Shown here: positions 38,163 through 48,361 of the stretch, in pieces
Layout: each line of letters starts with the position of its first letter
Position numbering within the stretch: position 1 is the first letter of the stretch
Assembly (NCBI GenBank): GCA_041484665.1
Contig: JBGPIA010000001.1
Span: 288,001-352,000 of the forward strand
Origin: Candidatus Krumholzibacteriia bacterium
GTDB lineage: Bacteria > Krumholzibacteriota > Krumholzibacteriia > JAJRXK01
DNA length: 64,000 nt
Direction of reading: 5' to 3'
Made by a program: the position numbers and the translations under genes
The notes under the pieces: generated by a model
Database searches by the model: none
What the model was told of the DNA's origin: nothing
Seen by the model: only the letters and a program-made list of their open reading frames with translations

Positions 38163-39308
38163 ATGGCCCATGCCTACATCCTCGATGCGATCCGCTCGCC
38201 GCTGGCGCGCGCGGGCAAAGGCAGCCTGGCCAACGTGCGGCCCGATGACTTCGCCTCCGCGGTGGTCGAGGCGTTGTTGAATCGCCATCAGTTCCTCGAT
38301 CGCGCGCGCATTGACGACGTGATCGCGGCCACGGCCATGCCCGAGGCCGAGCAGGGGATGAACCTCGGGCGGATCGTGGCGCAACGCGCGGGCCTGCCCG
38401 ACTCGGTGCCGGGGATGACGCTGAATCGCTTCTGCGCCTCGGGCCTGGAGGCCGTGGCGACCGCCTGCGCCAAGGTCCAGGCCGACATGGCGGATCTGAT
38501 CGTGGCCGTCGGCGTGGAGAGCATGAGCTGCATCCCCATGGGCGGCCATCGCTTCAGCCCCAACCCGCGGTTGGCCGAGACTCGGCCGGACAACTACCTG
38601 GGCATGGGACTGACGGCGGAGCTGCTCGCCGACCGCTACCAGATTTCGCGCGAGGAGCAGGACGCCTTCGCGCTGCAGAGCCACCGCCGCGCGGTGGATG
38701 CCGAGCTGCGTGGGTTGTGGGCCGATGAGCGTGTCGCCGTCGGCACGGGCAGCCCGGACGCGCGCTTCGTGCGCGACGAGCTGCCGCGCCCGGATACGTC
38801 CCTGGAAGCGCTGGCGCAGCTGAAGCCGGCGTTCCGCGAGGGCGGCACGGTCACCGCGGGCAACAGCAGCCCGCTGACCGACGGCGCGGCGGCCGTGCTG
38901 ATCGGCAGCGAGGCGCTGGTCAAGCAGCTGCAGTTGGAGCCGCTGGGGCGGCTGGTCAGCTACGCCGTCGCCGGCGTGGACCCGGCGCTGATGGGCATCG
39001 GGCCGGTGCAGGCCGTGCCCAAGGCGCTGGCCAAGGCGGGCTGGACTCTGGATGAGATCGAGCTGATCGAGCTCAACGAGGCCTTCGCCGCGCAGTCGCT
39101 GGCGGTGCTGCGCGAGCTGCGCCTGGATCCCGAGCGGGTCAACCCCCAGGGCGGCGCCATCGCGCTGGGGCACCCGCTGGGCTGCAGCGGCGCACGGCTG
39201 GCAGCGACGTTGCTCCATCGCCTGCGGCGAACGGGCGGCAAGCGCGGCATGGTGACGCTGTGCGTGGGCGGAGGCATGGGCGCGGCGGCGGCGTTCGAGA
39301 CCGCCTGA
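38163..39308 (+). CDS. fadA: Acetyl-CoA C-acyltransferase (thiolase)
   Basis: [44 protein letters not shown]. Confidence 0.93.
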   Translation: MAHAYILDAIRSPLARAGKGSLANVRPDDFASAVVEALLNRHQFLDRARIDDVIAATAMPEAEQGMNLGRIVAQRAGLPDSVPGMTLNRFCASGLEAVATACAKVQADMADLIVAVGVESMSCIPMGGHRFSPNPRLAETRPDNYLGMGLTAELLADRYQISREEQDAFALQSHRRAVDAELRGLWADERVAVGTGSPDARFVRDELPRPDTSLEALAQLKPAFREGGTVTAGNSSPLTDGAAAVLIGSEALVKQLQLEPLGRLVSYAVAGVDPALMGIGPVQAVPKALAKAGWTLDEIELIELNEAFAAQSLAVLRELRLDPERVNPQGGAIALGHPLGCSGARLAATLLHRLRRTGGKRGMVTLCVGGGMGAAAAFETA

Positions 39309-39431
39309 GCCGCCGATCGTCCGGCGGTCCGTTCCGCGAACGATCCGCGGACGGTCGCCTGAACGGCTCCCATGCGGGCGAGGCGCGACGGCCGGCGCTG
39401 CCCGCCGGGCAACCAACGAGAGAGGCACGAC

Positions 39432-41213
39432 GTGACGATGACCCAGACGACACTGCGCGGGGGGAGCTTCCTCATCCAGCAGACCCAGCCTGCCGAGTGC
39501 TTCACGCCGGAGGACTTCAGCGAGGAGTCGCGCCTGCTGGCCCAGACCACGCGGGAGTTCATCGCGGGCGAGGTCGGCCCGATCATGGATCGCCTCGAGA
39601 CACAGGAGAAGGGCCTCATGCCCGCGCTCCTGCGCAAGGCCGGCGAGATCGGGCTGCTGATGGCCGATATCCCGCAGGCCTACGGCGGGTTGGAAGTCGA
39701 CAAAGCTACCTCGATGCTGATCGTCGAGAGCATGGGGCGCGGCGGGAGCTTCCCCGTGGCCCATGGGGCCCACACCGGCATCGGCACCTTGCCCATCGTC
39801 TACTTCGGCACGCCGCAGCAGAAGCAACAGTGGCTTCCGCGCCTGGCCTGCGGTGAAGTGCTCTCCTCCTACGCGCTCACCGAGACCGGCAGCGGCAGCG
39901 ACGCGCTGGCGGCCAAGGCTGTCGCGCGACTTGCCGGTGAAGAGTGGGTGCTCAACGGCGAGAAGCAGTTCATCACCAATGCTGGCTTCGCGGATCTGTT
40001 CATCGTGTTCGCCAAGATCGACGGAGAGCAGTTCACCGCGTTCCTGGTCCCGCGCGATAGCCCGGGCGTGAGCGTGGGCGCCGAGGAGAAGAAGATGGGG
40101 ATCAAGGGCAGCAGCACGCGCTCCTTGATCCTGCAGAACGCGCGCATCCCCAAGGACAACCTGCTGGGCGAGGCCGGCAAGGGGCACGTCATCGCGTTCA
40201 ACATCCTCAACGTCGGCCGCTTCAAGCTGGGCGCCGGCGCCGTGGGTGGCGCGAAGGTCGCCCTGGAGGATGCCACGCGCTACGCCAGCGAGCGCGTGCA
40301 GTTCGGCCGGCCCATCGCCCAGTTCCCGCTGATCCAGGGGAAGCTCGGCAGCATGGCCGCGCGCATCTACGGCGGTGAGAGTGCCGTCTATCGCACGGCC
40401 GGCTTGCTCGACCGCGCCATCGCGGCGATCCCGCAAGGCCCCCACCGCGACCGCGAAGTGATCCGCGCCATCGAGGAGTTCTCCATCGAGTGCTCGATCA
40501 TCAAGGTCTACGGAAGCGAGGTGCTCGATTTCGTCGCCGACGAGACGGTGCAGATCTACGGCGGCTACGGCTACGTCGCCGATTACCCCGCCGAGCGTTA
40601 CTACCGCGACGCGCGCATCAACCGCATCTACGAGGGGACCAACGAGATCAACCGCATGATCATTCCCGGGATGCTGTTGAAGCGCGCCATGAAGGGCGAC
40701 CTGCCATTGCTGGCGGCGGCGAAGCAGGTGCAGGAGGCGCTGCTTGCGATCCCCGATGTCCATGGTGGCAATGGCTCCGCCGCCGACTTCGGCACCGAAT
40801 CCGAGCAGATCGAGCAGGCCAAGAAGGCAATTCTGCTCGTGGCCGGCGTCGCGGCCCAGGCCTACGGCTCCAACCTGCAGGGCGAGCAGGAGGTGCTGGC
40901 CTGGGTGGCGGACATGGTCATGGAGACCTACGCGCTGGAGTCGGCCGTGCTGCGCGCGCGCAAGCTGGCGGCCGCCGGGCAGCCGACGACCGTCGTGCGC
41001 GACATGGTCGCAGTACTGGCGTACGAGTCCGTGGAGAACGTCGGCCGCGCCGGTCGCGAGGCGCTGGCACACATGAGCCACGGCGATGACCTGCGCATGC
41101 AGCTGGCGGGGCTCAAGCGGTTCAGCAAGCCAGCGGCCGTCGACACGGCGGGGGCACGGCGCAGGATCGCGCAGGCGGTGGTGGAGAACCGCGGGTACCG
41201 GGTGCCGGCGTAG
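39432..41213 (+). CDS. fadE: Acyl-CoA dehydrogenase, FadE (Bacillus type)
   Basis: [52 protein letters not shown]. Confidence 0.92.
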   Translation: MTMTQTTLRGGSFLIQQTQPAECFTPEDFSEESRLLAQTTREFIAGEVGPIMDRLETQEKGLMPALLRKAGEIGLLMADIPQAYGGLEVDKATSMLIVESMGRGGSFPVAHGAHTGIGTLPIVYFGTPQQKQQWLPRLACGEVLSSYALTETGSGSDALAAKAVARLAGEEWVLNGEKQFITNAGFADLFIVFAKIDGEQFTAFLVPRDSPGVSVGAEEKKMGIKGSSTRSLILQNARIPKDNLLGEAGKGHVIAFNILNVGRFKLGAGAVGGAKVALEDATRYASERVQFGRPIAQFPLIQGKLGSMAARIYGGESAVYRTAGLLDRAIAAIPQGPHRDREVIRAIEEFSIECSIIKVYGSEVLDFVADETVQIYGGYGYVADYPAERYYRDARINRIYEGTNEINRMIIPGMLLKRAMKGDLPLLAAAKQVQEALLAIPDVHGGNGSAADFGTESEQIEQAKKAILLVAGVAAQAYGSNLQGEQEVLAWVADMVMETYALESAVLRARKLAAAGQPTTVVRDMVAVLAYESVENVGRAGREALAHMSHGDDLRMQLAGLKRFSKPAAVDTAGARRRIAQAVVENRGYRVPA

Positions 41214-41221
41214 CCGCTGGG

Positions 41222-41526
41222 CGGGGACCCAGATGGGACCGAGGAGAGCCCGCGCCGTCCGCTATCGCCATCAAGCCTCCCGCCTCCCAGAAAGAGACCT
41301 GATGACGATAGCCCCCGACGGCGCGGGCCCTTTCCACGTTCTGGCCCGCGAGTAGGGCACGAAACGTTCCGCTCGCGCAGTCGCGCGCCCGCAGATCGCG
41401 AGGGGTCCTCAACTGCCATGCAGAACGCGAGTTCGCGCCGACTCAGTCGTGGCATGCGCGCGAGCAGGGCGCCACGCGTCGTTGACAGTGGTGTCCGAGC
41501 GTCCGGGCACGACGAGGCAGTCGCGA
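41222..41526 (-). ncRNA. Candidate structured RNA convergent with the end of fadE
   Basis: Long hairpin 41248-41328 (12-bp plus 13-bp stems, G-U on minus strand), further stems, and a sigma54-like TGGCAT-TGTCA-TCGC at 41552-41538. Confidence 0.4.
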
Positions 41527-41713
41527 GTGTAAGCCGCGCGATGACAATGCCATGCGGCTTTGTACGGGAAACAGGGCGGCGCAACGCGAGGCGAGCGCCG
41601 GTGCTGGGGCTGCCGTAGGTGCCGCTGCCGGCGCCAGTGCCCTAGCGCCGCTGCCTGCGGGTCGCCGGCCGCTCGCCGAGGCAACTGCCCCGCCCCAGCC
41701 GCCGGCGATTGCA

Positions 41714-42436
41714 CTACCCTTGGAGCAGGCGGGGCAGCTCCCCCAATTCCTGCAGCAGCACATCCGGGCCCGCGGCCGCGACGGCCTCGGGCGAGCACAG
41801 CCCACTGGTCAGCCCGATCGTGACACACCCGGCGGCGTTGCCCGCGCCAATGTCGTTGGGGCTGTCGCCGACGACCCAGGCCTGCCGCGGCTCCACGCCC
41901 ATCTCGCGCAGCGCCAGCACCACGAGGTCCGGCGCCGGCTTCACCGGTACTTGCGGTCGTGCGCCCACCACCACCGCGAAGTGCCGAGCCATCCCCAGGC
42001 CGCGCAGGATGGCATCACACATCTCTTGGGGCTTGTTGCTGACCACCGCCATCCGCAGGCCCGCGGGCCGCGCCCGCCCCGGCCGCCCTGCTCGCCCCGG
42101 CCACCCAGCCCAAGCGGCGAGGGCCACCAGCGCCTCGACCACGCCAGGATACGGCTGCGTGTGGTCCAACAGATGCTCCGCGTAGTGCGCGCGGAATAAA
42201 CGCAGCGCTTCGTCCACCCGCGGATCGTCATCCCCCAGCGTACGCTGGACGAGCTTGCGAGCGCCGTCGCCGATGTAGCTGCGCACCCGATCGGTGGACA
42301 GCGGCGCAAGGCCGTAGTGCGCACGCACGTGGTTGGCCGAAAGCGCGAGATCCTGGACCGAATCGATCAAGGTGCCGTCCAGATCGAAGAGGATGGCCTG
42401 CGGGGGTGGCAGCGGGCTCGGCCTGGACAACGACAT
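41714..42436 (-). CDS. HAD-IA hydrolase, phosphoglycolate phosphatase-like
   Basis: FDLDGTLIDS, SNKP, VKPAP, VGDSPNDI. Confidence 0.9.
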   Translation of the reverse strand: MSLSRPSPLPPPQAILFDLDGTLIDSVQDLALSANHVRAHYGLAPLSTDRVRSYIGDGARKLVQRTLGDDDPRVDEALRLFRAHYAEHLLDHTQPYPGVVEALVALAAWAGWPGRAGRPGRARPAGLRMAVVSNKPQEMCDAILRGLGMARHFAVVVGARPQVPVKPAPDLVVLALREMGVEPRQAWVVGDSPNDIGAGNAAGCVTIGLTSGLCSPEAVAAAGPDVLLQELGELPRLLQG

Positions 42437-42632
42437 GGGCGCACGCTAGCCCGCGCGGTGCCGGGGCGCAAGCCACGCCCAGCGGCGCAAGCTCCCGCGG
42501 GCGCCAGGTCGCATGCCACGACGCGGGCCGGCGCAGCGCTGCGCCGGCCCTCACCCGACTTCGCCCGGTTGCTGCCGTGCAGGCCCTGCCGTACCCTGAC
42601 GCAACGCCACGAGCGCCCAGGAGGTTGATTGC

Positions 42633-43736
42633 ATGCGCCCGGATCCCGCGCTGATCGCCCAACAAGCCTTCGACAGCCTGCCGCAGAGCCTGCGCTGCCG
42701 CGAGGGGCTGGCGCCGCTCACCCAGCAGGTCGCTCGAGAGGTGATGAACTTCGCCGAGGGGATCGTCCGCAGCCGTGACCATGACCAGCCCGACGCCGTC
42801 CTCAAGATGCTCTGCGAGGACCTCGAGGCGGCGGTGCTCTTGAGCGACCTGCTGGCGACCCAGCAGGAGGAAGAGGAGCCGCTCACCCCCGAGCAGCGCG
42901 CCGAGCAGATCCTCAAGAAGGCCGAGGAGGTCGTCACCAAGCTCAAGACGGGCGCATCGCTGCAGCAGCTGATCCGCGTCGAGCTGGCCGACACCGATTG
43001 TGGCGCATGCGACCACCCCACCTGCGACGAGTACGCCGTCGCGCTGGCGAAGGGGACCGACAAGGACAATACGAAGTGCGAGCCGGGTGGCCCCAAAGTG
43101 ACCGCCCAGGTCGAGCTGGTGATGGAGGTCTCCGCCGGCCAGACGATCGACCCCGGCAAGATCATCTCGATCGCCGACCAGGCGGCCGAAGTCATCGGCC
43201 ACGAGGGCGGCCTCAAGGTGCTCGAGATCGGCACGGGCCGCGGGTTCCCCGCGCTGCTGCTGTCGCGCATCTACCCCGACGTCGACTTCACGCTCATCGA
43301 GCAGGACGTCAAGCGCGGGTGGTTCTGCAAGCGCCTCGTCAACGTGCTCGGCGCCCGCAACTGCCACGTGCTCACCGGCAAGTGGTCGGACTTCGTCGAC
43401 GAGCTGGCGGCCAAATACGACGTCGTCCTGATGAAGCACCTCAACCTCATCGACGCGGTCACGCGTGGCGTGGCGTTCGCCCGCCCCGGTGGCACCATCG
43501 TGGATTGGCAGGAGCGCAACTGGAGCAGCGCGGCCGCGCAGTACCAGGCGGAGGGCCCCGGCTACCGCCTGCCGCTGATGGCGCCGCGCTATTTCGAGAG
43601 TGAGCCGGTCGCCCGCCAGGTGCTGCTTCTGGTGCGGCGCCCGGAGGAGGAGAAACCCAAGGCGGCTTCCGTCTCCGCGCCCGGGCCGGACGCGCCGGCG
43701 CACGCTCCCGACGACAAGGACGCGGTCACGGCCTGA
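42633..43736 (+). CDS. RsmG/GidB-like SAM methyltransferase with inserted 4-Cys Fe-S domain
   Basis: DCGACDHPTC..YAVALAKG...TKCEPGG (RnfB N-terminal FeS-type) followed by VLEIGTGRGFPALLL..P....TLIEQDVKR.WF. Confidence 0.75.
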   Translation: MRPDPALIAQQAFDSLPQSLRCREGLAPLTQQVAREVMNFAEGIVRSRDHDQPDAVLKMLCEDLEAAVLLSDLLATQQEEEEPLTPEQRAEQILKKAEEVVTKLKTGASLQQLIRVELADTDCGACDHPTCDEYAVALAKGTDKDNTKCEPGGPKVTAQVELVMEVSAGQTIDPGKIISIADQAAEVIGHEGGLKVLEIGTGRGFPALLLSRIYPDVDFTLIEQDVKRGWFCKRLVNVLGARNCHVLTGKWSDFVDELAAKYDVVLMKHLNLIDAVTRGVAFARPGGTIVDWQERNWSSAAAQYQAEGPGYRLPLMAPRYFESEPVARQVLLLVRRPEEEKPKAASVSAPGPDAPAHAPDDKDAVTA

Positions 43737-43860
43737 GGGGTCGTCCGACGGCGTGCCGGAACGCCATGCTGGCGGACGCCCCGAGGGCTGGCTGACCTGG
43801 GTTCGCCATACCTGCGGCCTGGCCCGTGGCGCGGTCCGTGCGGAACGGGAGGGCTCGGCT

Positions 43861-44229
43861 TTGCTGCGCAACATCACTCTCGGCGCCCTGCTCGGTGTGC
43901 TGCTCGGGGCGGGCGCGTCGATCTTGCCCGGCCTGCTAGCGGGCGTTGCGGCGACGCCGCTGCCCGGCCTGCGCTTGGGGATCGTATTCTGGACCGCGAC
44001 GATGGCGGCTATCGGTGGCTTCCTGGGCTGGATGGGCGGCTGGATCCTCTTGCAGAGCGGCGACGCTCCCAAGATGCGCGTCAGCCTTCCCCTCACCGGG
44101 CCGGTGCTGGCCACCTTCGCGTGCCTGCTGACGGGCGAGCGGTTCCTGCTTCCTGTGGTTTCGTCGCTGGTCCTGGGATGGACGGTTGGCCGGCTCGTCC
44201 GCCGTCCGGCCGCGACGCCCGCCGCTTGA
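43861..44229 (+). CDS. Small four-TM membrane protein
   Basis: TTG start after GGGAGGG; four hydrophobic segments. Confidence 0.6.
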   Translation: MLRNITLGALLGVLLGAGASILPGLLAGVAATPLPGLRLGIVFWTATMAAIGGFLGWMGGWILLQSGDAPKMRVSLPLTGPVLATFACLLTGERFLLPVVSSLVLGWTVGRLVRRPAATPAA

Positions 44230-44308
44230 CGGATCGGCCGCCAGCGCCTAAGCAAGGGGGGCCCCGCCGCCCGTCCGGCCGCACCTCCAACCGGGGAGCT
44301 TCCACGCC

Positions 44309-45064
44309 ATGACCGACCGTGAGGTGAAGAAGGGACGCCCCCTGCTGCTCTATGGAATCGCCGTGGTGATCATCGCCGCTGCCGCGCTCTATCTATTCTG
44401 GCCGCGCAGCAAGGAGCACACGCCCGGCGCTCTCACCTTCACTCCACAGGGCAGCGAGCCGTCCGCGGTCGCGGAGGGCTCCGCGGGTGCGACGCCCGCG
44501 GCTTCAGGGTCGGGGGGGCAGCGGCAAACGCGCACGGACCTGGGTGACGTACCACCGCCCAGCGAGTCCGAGCCGAGCCCGGGAGAGTTGCACCCGGCCG
44601 AACCCGCGGGGGCAGCCGCGCGGACCGGCGCCGCCGCGGCCAGGGGCACTGCAAGCGCGGAGCTGAGCACTGCCGAGACCGGAGAGATCGTGGCGGCCAA
44701 CCCGACGCGTCACGCGGCGGCCTCGACGCAACCCTTCGCGAAGCCTCCCCGTACCGGACCGACCGGCATCAGGACCGGGCCAGCCCAAGCCGAGATCGTT
44801 CCCACGCCCGGCACGACCGGCGCGTATCTGGTCTGGCTGGGCAGCTTCCAGAATCAGGAGAACGCTCGAAAGCGCGTGTCCCAGCTGGCGGAAGCTGGGT
44901 TCGACGGCGTGATCGTCCCGGTGGACATGCCCAACGCCGGACGTTTCTACCGTGTGCGCGTGGGGTTCTTCCGCGACGTGAAGGCCGCCCAGATGTTCGG
45001 CGACGCGATGGCCAAGCGGTTCGAGATCACCTACTGGGTGGACAGCCGCGAGCCTCAGCGCTGA
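44309..45064 (+). CDS. SPOR domain protein (N-terminal TM, linker, C-terminal SPOR)
   Basis: YLVWLGSFQNQENA and FYRVRVGFF SPOR motifs. Confidence 0.87.
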   Translation: MTDREVKKGRPLLLYGIAVVIIAAAALYLFWPRSKEHTPGALTFTPQGSEPSAVAEGSAGATPAASGSGGQRQTRTDLGDVPPPSESEPSPGELHPAEPAGAAARTGAAAARGTASAELSTAETGEIVAANPTRHAAASTQPFAKPPRTGPTGIRTGPAQAEIVPTPGTTGAYLVWLGSFQNQENARKRVSQLAEAGFDGVIVPVDMPNAGRFYRVRVGFFRDVKAAQMFGDAMAKRFEITYWVDSREPQR

Positions 45065-45265
45065 GTGCCGCGCCGGCGCCCGACGAACCGTGCCCTGCGC
45101 CGGCTGTCGACTCCTGATCGCCGGCATCGCGCCGAAAGCCGCAGCTTTCGGCTCCGCGCGGCGGCCGTTATACTCAGCAGCACGCGCCTCCCTGCTCGGT
45201 TAGCCGCGCTCCCCCGGCCAGCCGGCGCATCCCCGACCCCGCACGATCGGACGAGGACGACTCCC

Positions 45266-47389
45266 TTGAAGAACGGCAAGCGAGCCAATGCCCTGCAGAC
45301 CACGACAGACCCCAAAGGCGAGGATCTCCTGGCGGCCTATCGCAACATGGCGCTCTCGCGCTACGTCGATGACGAGGAGATCCGGCTCAAGCGGCTGAAC
45401 CAGTACTACTTCCAGATCTCGGGGGCCGGGCACGAAGCGATCCTCACCGCCGCCGGCACCGTCCTGCGGCCAGCCTACGACTGGTTCCTGCTTTACTACC
45501 GCGACCGGGCGCTGTGTCTGCGGCTGGGGATGACTCCACACGAGATGTTCCTGCAAGGCGTGGGCGCCGAGTCCGACCCCAATAGCGGCGGCCGCCAGAT
45601 GCCCGCCCATTGGGGCCACGAGCAGCTCCACATCATCAGCAAGAGCAGCTGCACGGGGATGCACGCGCTCCACGCCGTGGGCATCGCCGAGGCGGGCCGC
45701 TACCTGGAGCGGATCGAGGAAGCGCGGGCGAGGGCGTCGGCGTTCCATCGCGACGAGGTGGTCCTCCTCTCGATCGGCGACGGCGGCCTCAGCGAGGGGG
45801 AGTTCTGGGAGGCCCTCAATAGCGCCTGCAACATGAAGCTGCCGGTGCTGGTGCTGGTGGAGGACAACGGCTACGCCATCTCGGTGCCGCGCAGCGTGCA
45901 GGCTGCCGGCGTGCCGATCCACGAGCAGGTGGCGTCGTTCCCCAATTTGCGCACGTGGGACGTGGACGGCACCGATTTCCCGGCCAGCCTGCGCGTCATG
46001 AGCGAGGCCGTCGCCCATTGCCGCGACCGCCGCGGCGTGGCCCTGGTGCGCGCGACGTGCATCCGGCCCTACGCGCACAGCATGAGCGATGACGACAAGC
46101 TCTACCGCCCCAAGGCGGAGATGGAGGCGGACCTGCACCGCGATCCGCTGACGCGCATGCGCGGCTGGCTCATTGCCGAGGACGCTGCGACCGCCGAGAA
46201 GCTCGACGCGCTGGGAGCGCAGTGGCGGGCCGAGGTGCGCGAGGCCTCCGAGCGCGCGCTGATTGCGCCGCGCCACGACCCCGACAAAGCGGAGCTGTAT
46301 CTTTACAGCCCCGACGTCGATCCCTCCTCTGCGCAGTTCGAGGCGCAGCCGGCGGCGGACGGGGCGCCGGTCACCATGGTCGAGGCGGTCAACCGCGTCC
46401 TGCACGAGGAGATGCGCCGCGATGCGCGCGTGCTCGTGTTCGGCGAGGATGTGGCGGACGCCACCAACGTCGACGTGCTCCAGGAGTGCAAGGGCAAGGG
46501 CGGGGTCTTCAAGGCCACCCACGGTCTGACCAAGGAGTTCGGTGCGCAGCGCTGCTTCAACTCGCCGCTGGCCGAGGCCAATATCGTCGGTCGTGCCGTG
46601 GGGATGGCGCTGCGCGGGCTGAAACCAGTCGTGGAGATCCAGTTCTACGACTACATCTGGCCTGCCTACATGCAGATCAAGAACGAGCTGGCGCTGATGC
46701 GCTGGCGCAGCTTCAACCACTGGAAGGCGCCGGTGGTGATCCGCGTGGCGGCCGGCGGTTATCTGGGCGGCGGCGCCATCTACCACAGCCAGAGCGGCGT
46801 GCATCTCTTCGCATCGCTGCCGGGGCTGCGCGTGGTGATGCCCAGCAATGCCGCCGATGCGGCCGGACTCCTGCGCACAGCGATCCGCTGCGACGACCCG
46901 GTGTTGTTCCTGGAGCACAAGCACCTCTACCGGCAGCCCTACGCCAAAGCGCCCTACCCCGGGCCGGAGTACACGGTCCCCTTCGGCAAGGCCCGCGTGA
47001 CGATGGCCGGTGATGACATCACGGTCGTGACCTTCGGCGCGCTGGTGCGTCGCAGCGAGATGGCCGCCAAGCAGGTCGAGCGGGAGTTCGGCCTGTCCAT
47101 CGAAGTGATCGACCTGCGCTCGCTGGCGCCTTGGGACCACGACACCGTGGCGGCAAGCGTCCGCAAGACCGGACGCTGCCTGGTGGTCTACGAGGACAAC
47201 CGCACGCTCGGCTTCGGAGCCGAGGTGGCTGCCTGGGTCGCCGACGAGGTGTTCGAATGGCTGGACGCGCCCGTGCGCCGCGTGGCGGCCATGGACGTTC
47301 CGGTTGCCTACGCTCCGGCCACGGAGGATCGCATCCTCCCGCAGCAAGAGAACGTCTACGCGGCCCTGATGGAGTTGGCGGGGTACTGA
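45266..47389 (+). CDS. Fused alpha/beta 2-oxoacid (branched-chain type) dehydrogenase E1
   Basis: [22 protein letters not shown] motif GDG..SEG...NSA, HSMSDD, FGEDV, NSPLAEA, YHSQS. TTG start after GAGGA. Confidence 0.92.
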   Translation: MKNGKRANALQTTTDPKGEDLLAAYRNMALSRYVDDEEIRLKRLNQYYFQISGAGHEAILTAAGTVLRPAYDWFLLYYRDRALCLRLGMTPHEMFLQGVGAESDPNSGGRQMPAHWGHEQLHIISKSSCTGMHALHAVGIAEAGRYLERIEEARARASAFHRDEVVLLSIGDGGLSEGEFWEALNSACNMKLPVLVLVEDNGYAISVPRSVQAAGVPIHEQVASFPNLRTWDVDGTDFPASLRVMSEAVAHCRDRRGVALVRATCIRPYAHSMSDDDKLYRPKAEMEADLHRDPLTRMRGWLIAEDAATAEKLDALGAQWRAEVREASERALIAPRHDPDKAELYLYSPDVDPSSAQFEAQPAADGAPVTMVEAVNRVLHEEMRRDARVLVFGEDVADATNVDVLQECKGKGGVFKATHGLTKEFGAQRCFNSPLAEANIVGRAVGMALRGLKPVVEIQFYDYIWPAYMQIKNELALMRWRSFNHWKAPVVIRVAAGGYLGGGAIYHSQSGVHLFASLPGLRVVMPSNAADAAGLLRTAIRCDDPVLFLEHKHLYRQPYAKAPYPGPEYTVPFGKARVTMAGDDITVVTFGALVRRSEMAAKQVEREFGLSIEVIDLRSLAPWDHDTVAASVRKTGRCLVVYEDNRTLGFGAEVAAWVADEVFEWLDAPVRRVAAMDVPVAYAPATEDRILPQQENVYAALMELAGY

Positions 47390-47508
47390 GACTCCCTGCC
47401 CACGCGATGGCGGACCGGGGCCAAGTCGCCTGGACCCGGCAGTGGACGGTCGGATCCTCTACGAGTCGGGCGCTATTCCGATTGCCGCTGCTGCGCGGTG
47501 CGCCCACA

Positions 47509-48081
47509 TCATCGCGTCGCCTTGGCCGGGACCATGAGGGGGATCAGGCTCTCCGTGAGCGCGTCGCGCGTGCGGAGGATCGTGGAGCCCACGTTGATCA
47601 GGTGAGACGGCTCGTCGTCCCAGCGGGATTGGCGGTCGTACAGGAGGTAGGTGTCCCACCAGACTCCCTCTCCAGCGCCGTAGTGGGAGTTCGCCGCGAA
47701 CCAGCTCCCCAGCAGTTTGTCCTTGTCCCAGAAGTGTGCCACGCGCGGATCGCGCATGAGTCTGGCGGACCAGGCTGCGCGCCGGTCCATGAACACCATG
47801 TTGAACCACACGGCGTAGACCTTGAGGTCGGATTCGGGATGCTTCTCGAGGATTTCCTGCTGCACCCACCGGGCGCCTGCGACGCAGGCGGGTCAGGTGG
47901 GGGACACCAGCAGGATGAGGCGCGGCGAACCGGCATCGGCGTTGAAAACCGCCTTGAACTCCTCGAGAGTTCCGACCGCTCGCAGGTCGGTTGAGCCGGG
48001 CGAGCCGCCACCGCACGCGACCGCCAAGCTGCACGAAAGAGCGAGGGCCAGCGCCGCGCGCCGGGAGTCTCTGCAACGCAT
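47509..48081 (-). CDS. Putative selenocysteine-containing thioredoxin-fold lipoprotein (UPAC motif)
   Basis: The ORFs ending at 47893 and starting at 47865 are in one frame separated only by TGA (47895-47893): LLVSPT-U-PACVAGARW. Lipobox LAVAC; hairpin spanning the UGA. Confidence 0.75.
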
Positions 48082-48361
48082 CCTCTGGACACCTCCGCGG
48101 GGGGCGCATCGTCGGACGTCACGGTCGGCTCTCAAAGCGGTGCAATCATGTATCAGCGCGACCGATTCCTCCAGCTCCAAGACCCCCGGCCGGCCTGCAT
48201 CAGGGACTTCGCAACGGATGTCCGGCTCCCTCCAAGCGATCGTCGCTTGTGGGTGGCGCCGTTTCGCCGCTAGAATCACCCTCGGCCAGGCCCCCTCCGC
48301 CCGCCACGCACGCTTTGGTCCTGCAGTTCGTTCGCTTGACCCGGAACTTCACCGCGGTTCC

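Noticed and set aside
39312..39360. Imperfect stem-loop between fadA and fadE
   Set aside because: No U-tail and a single occurrence. Probably an ordinary intra-operon stability hairpin, not enough to call.
41299..41370. CTGATGA...GAAAC resembling a hammerhead ribozyme core
   Set aside because: Stem II does not close (C opposite C), no stem III partner with a GUH site was found, and CTGATGA is part of another long stem.
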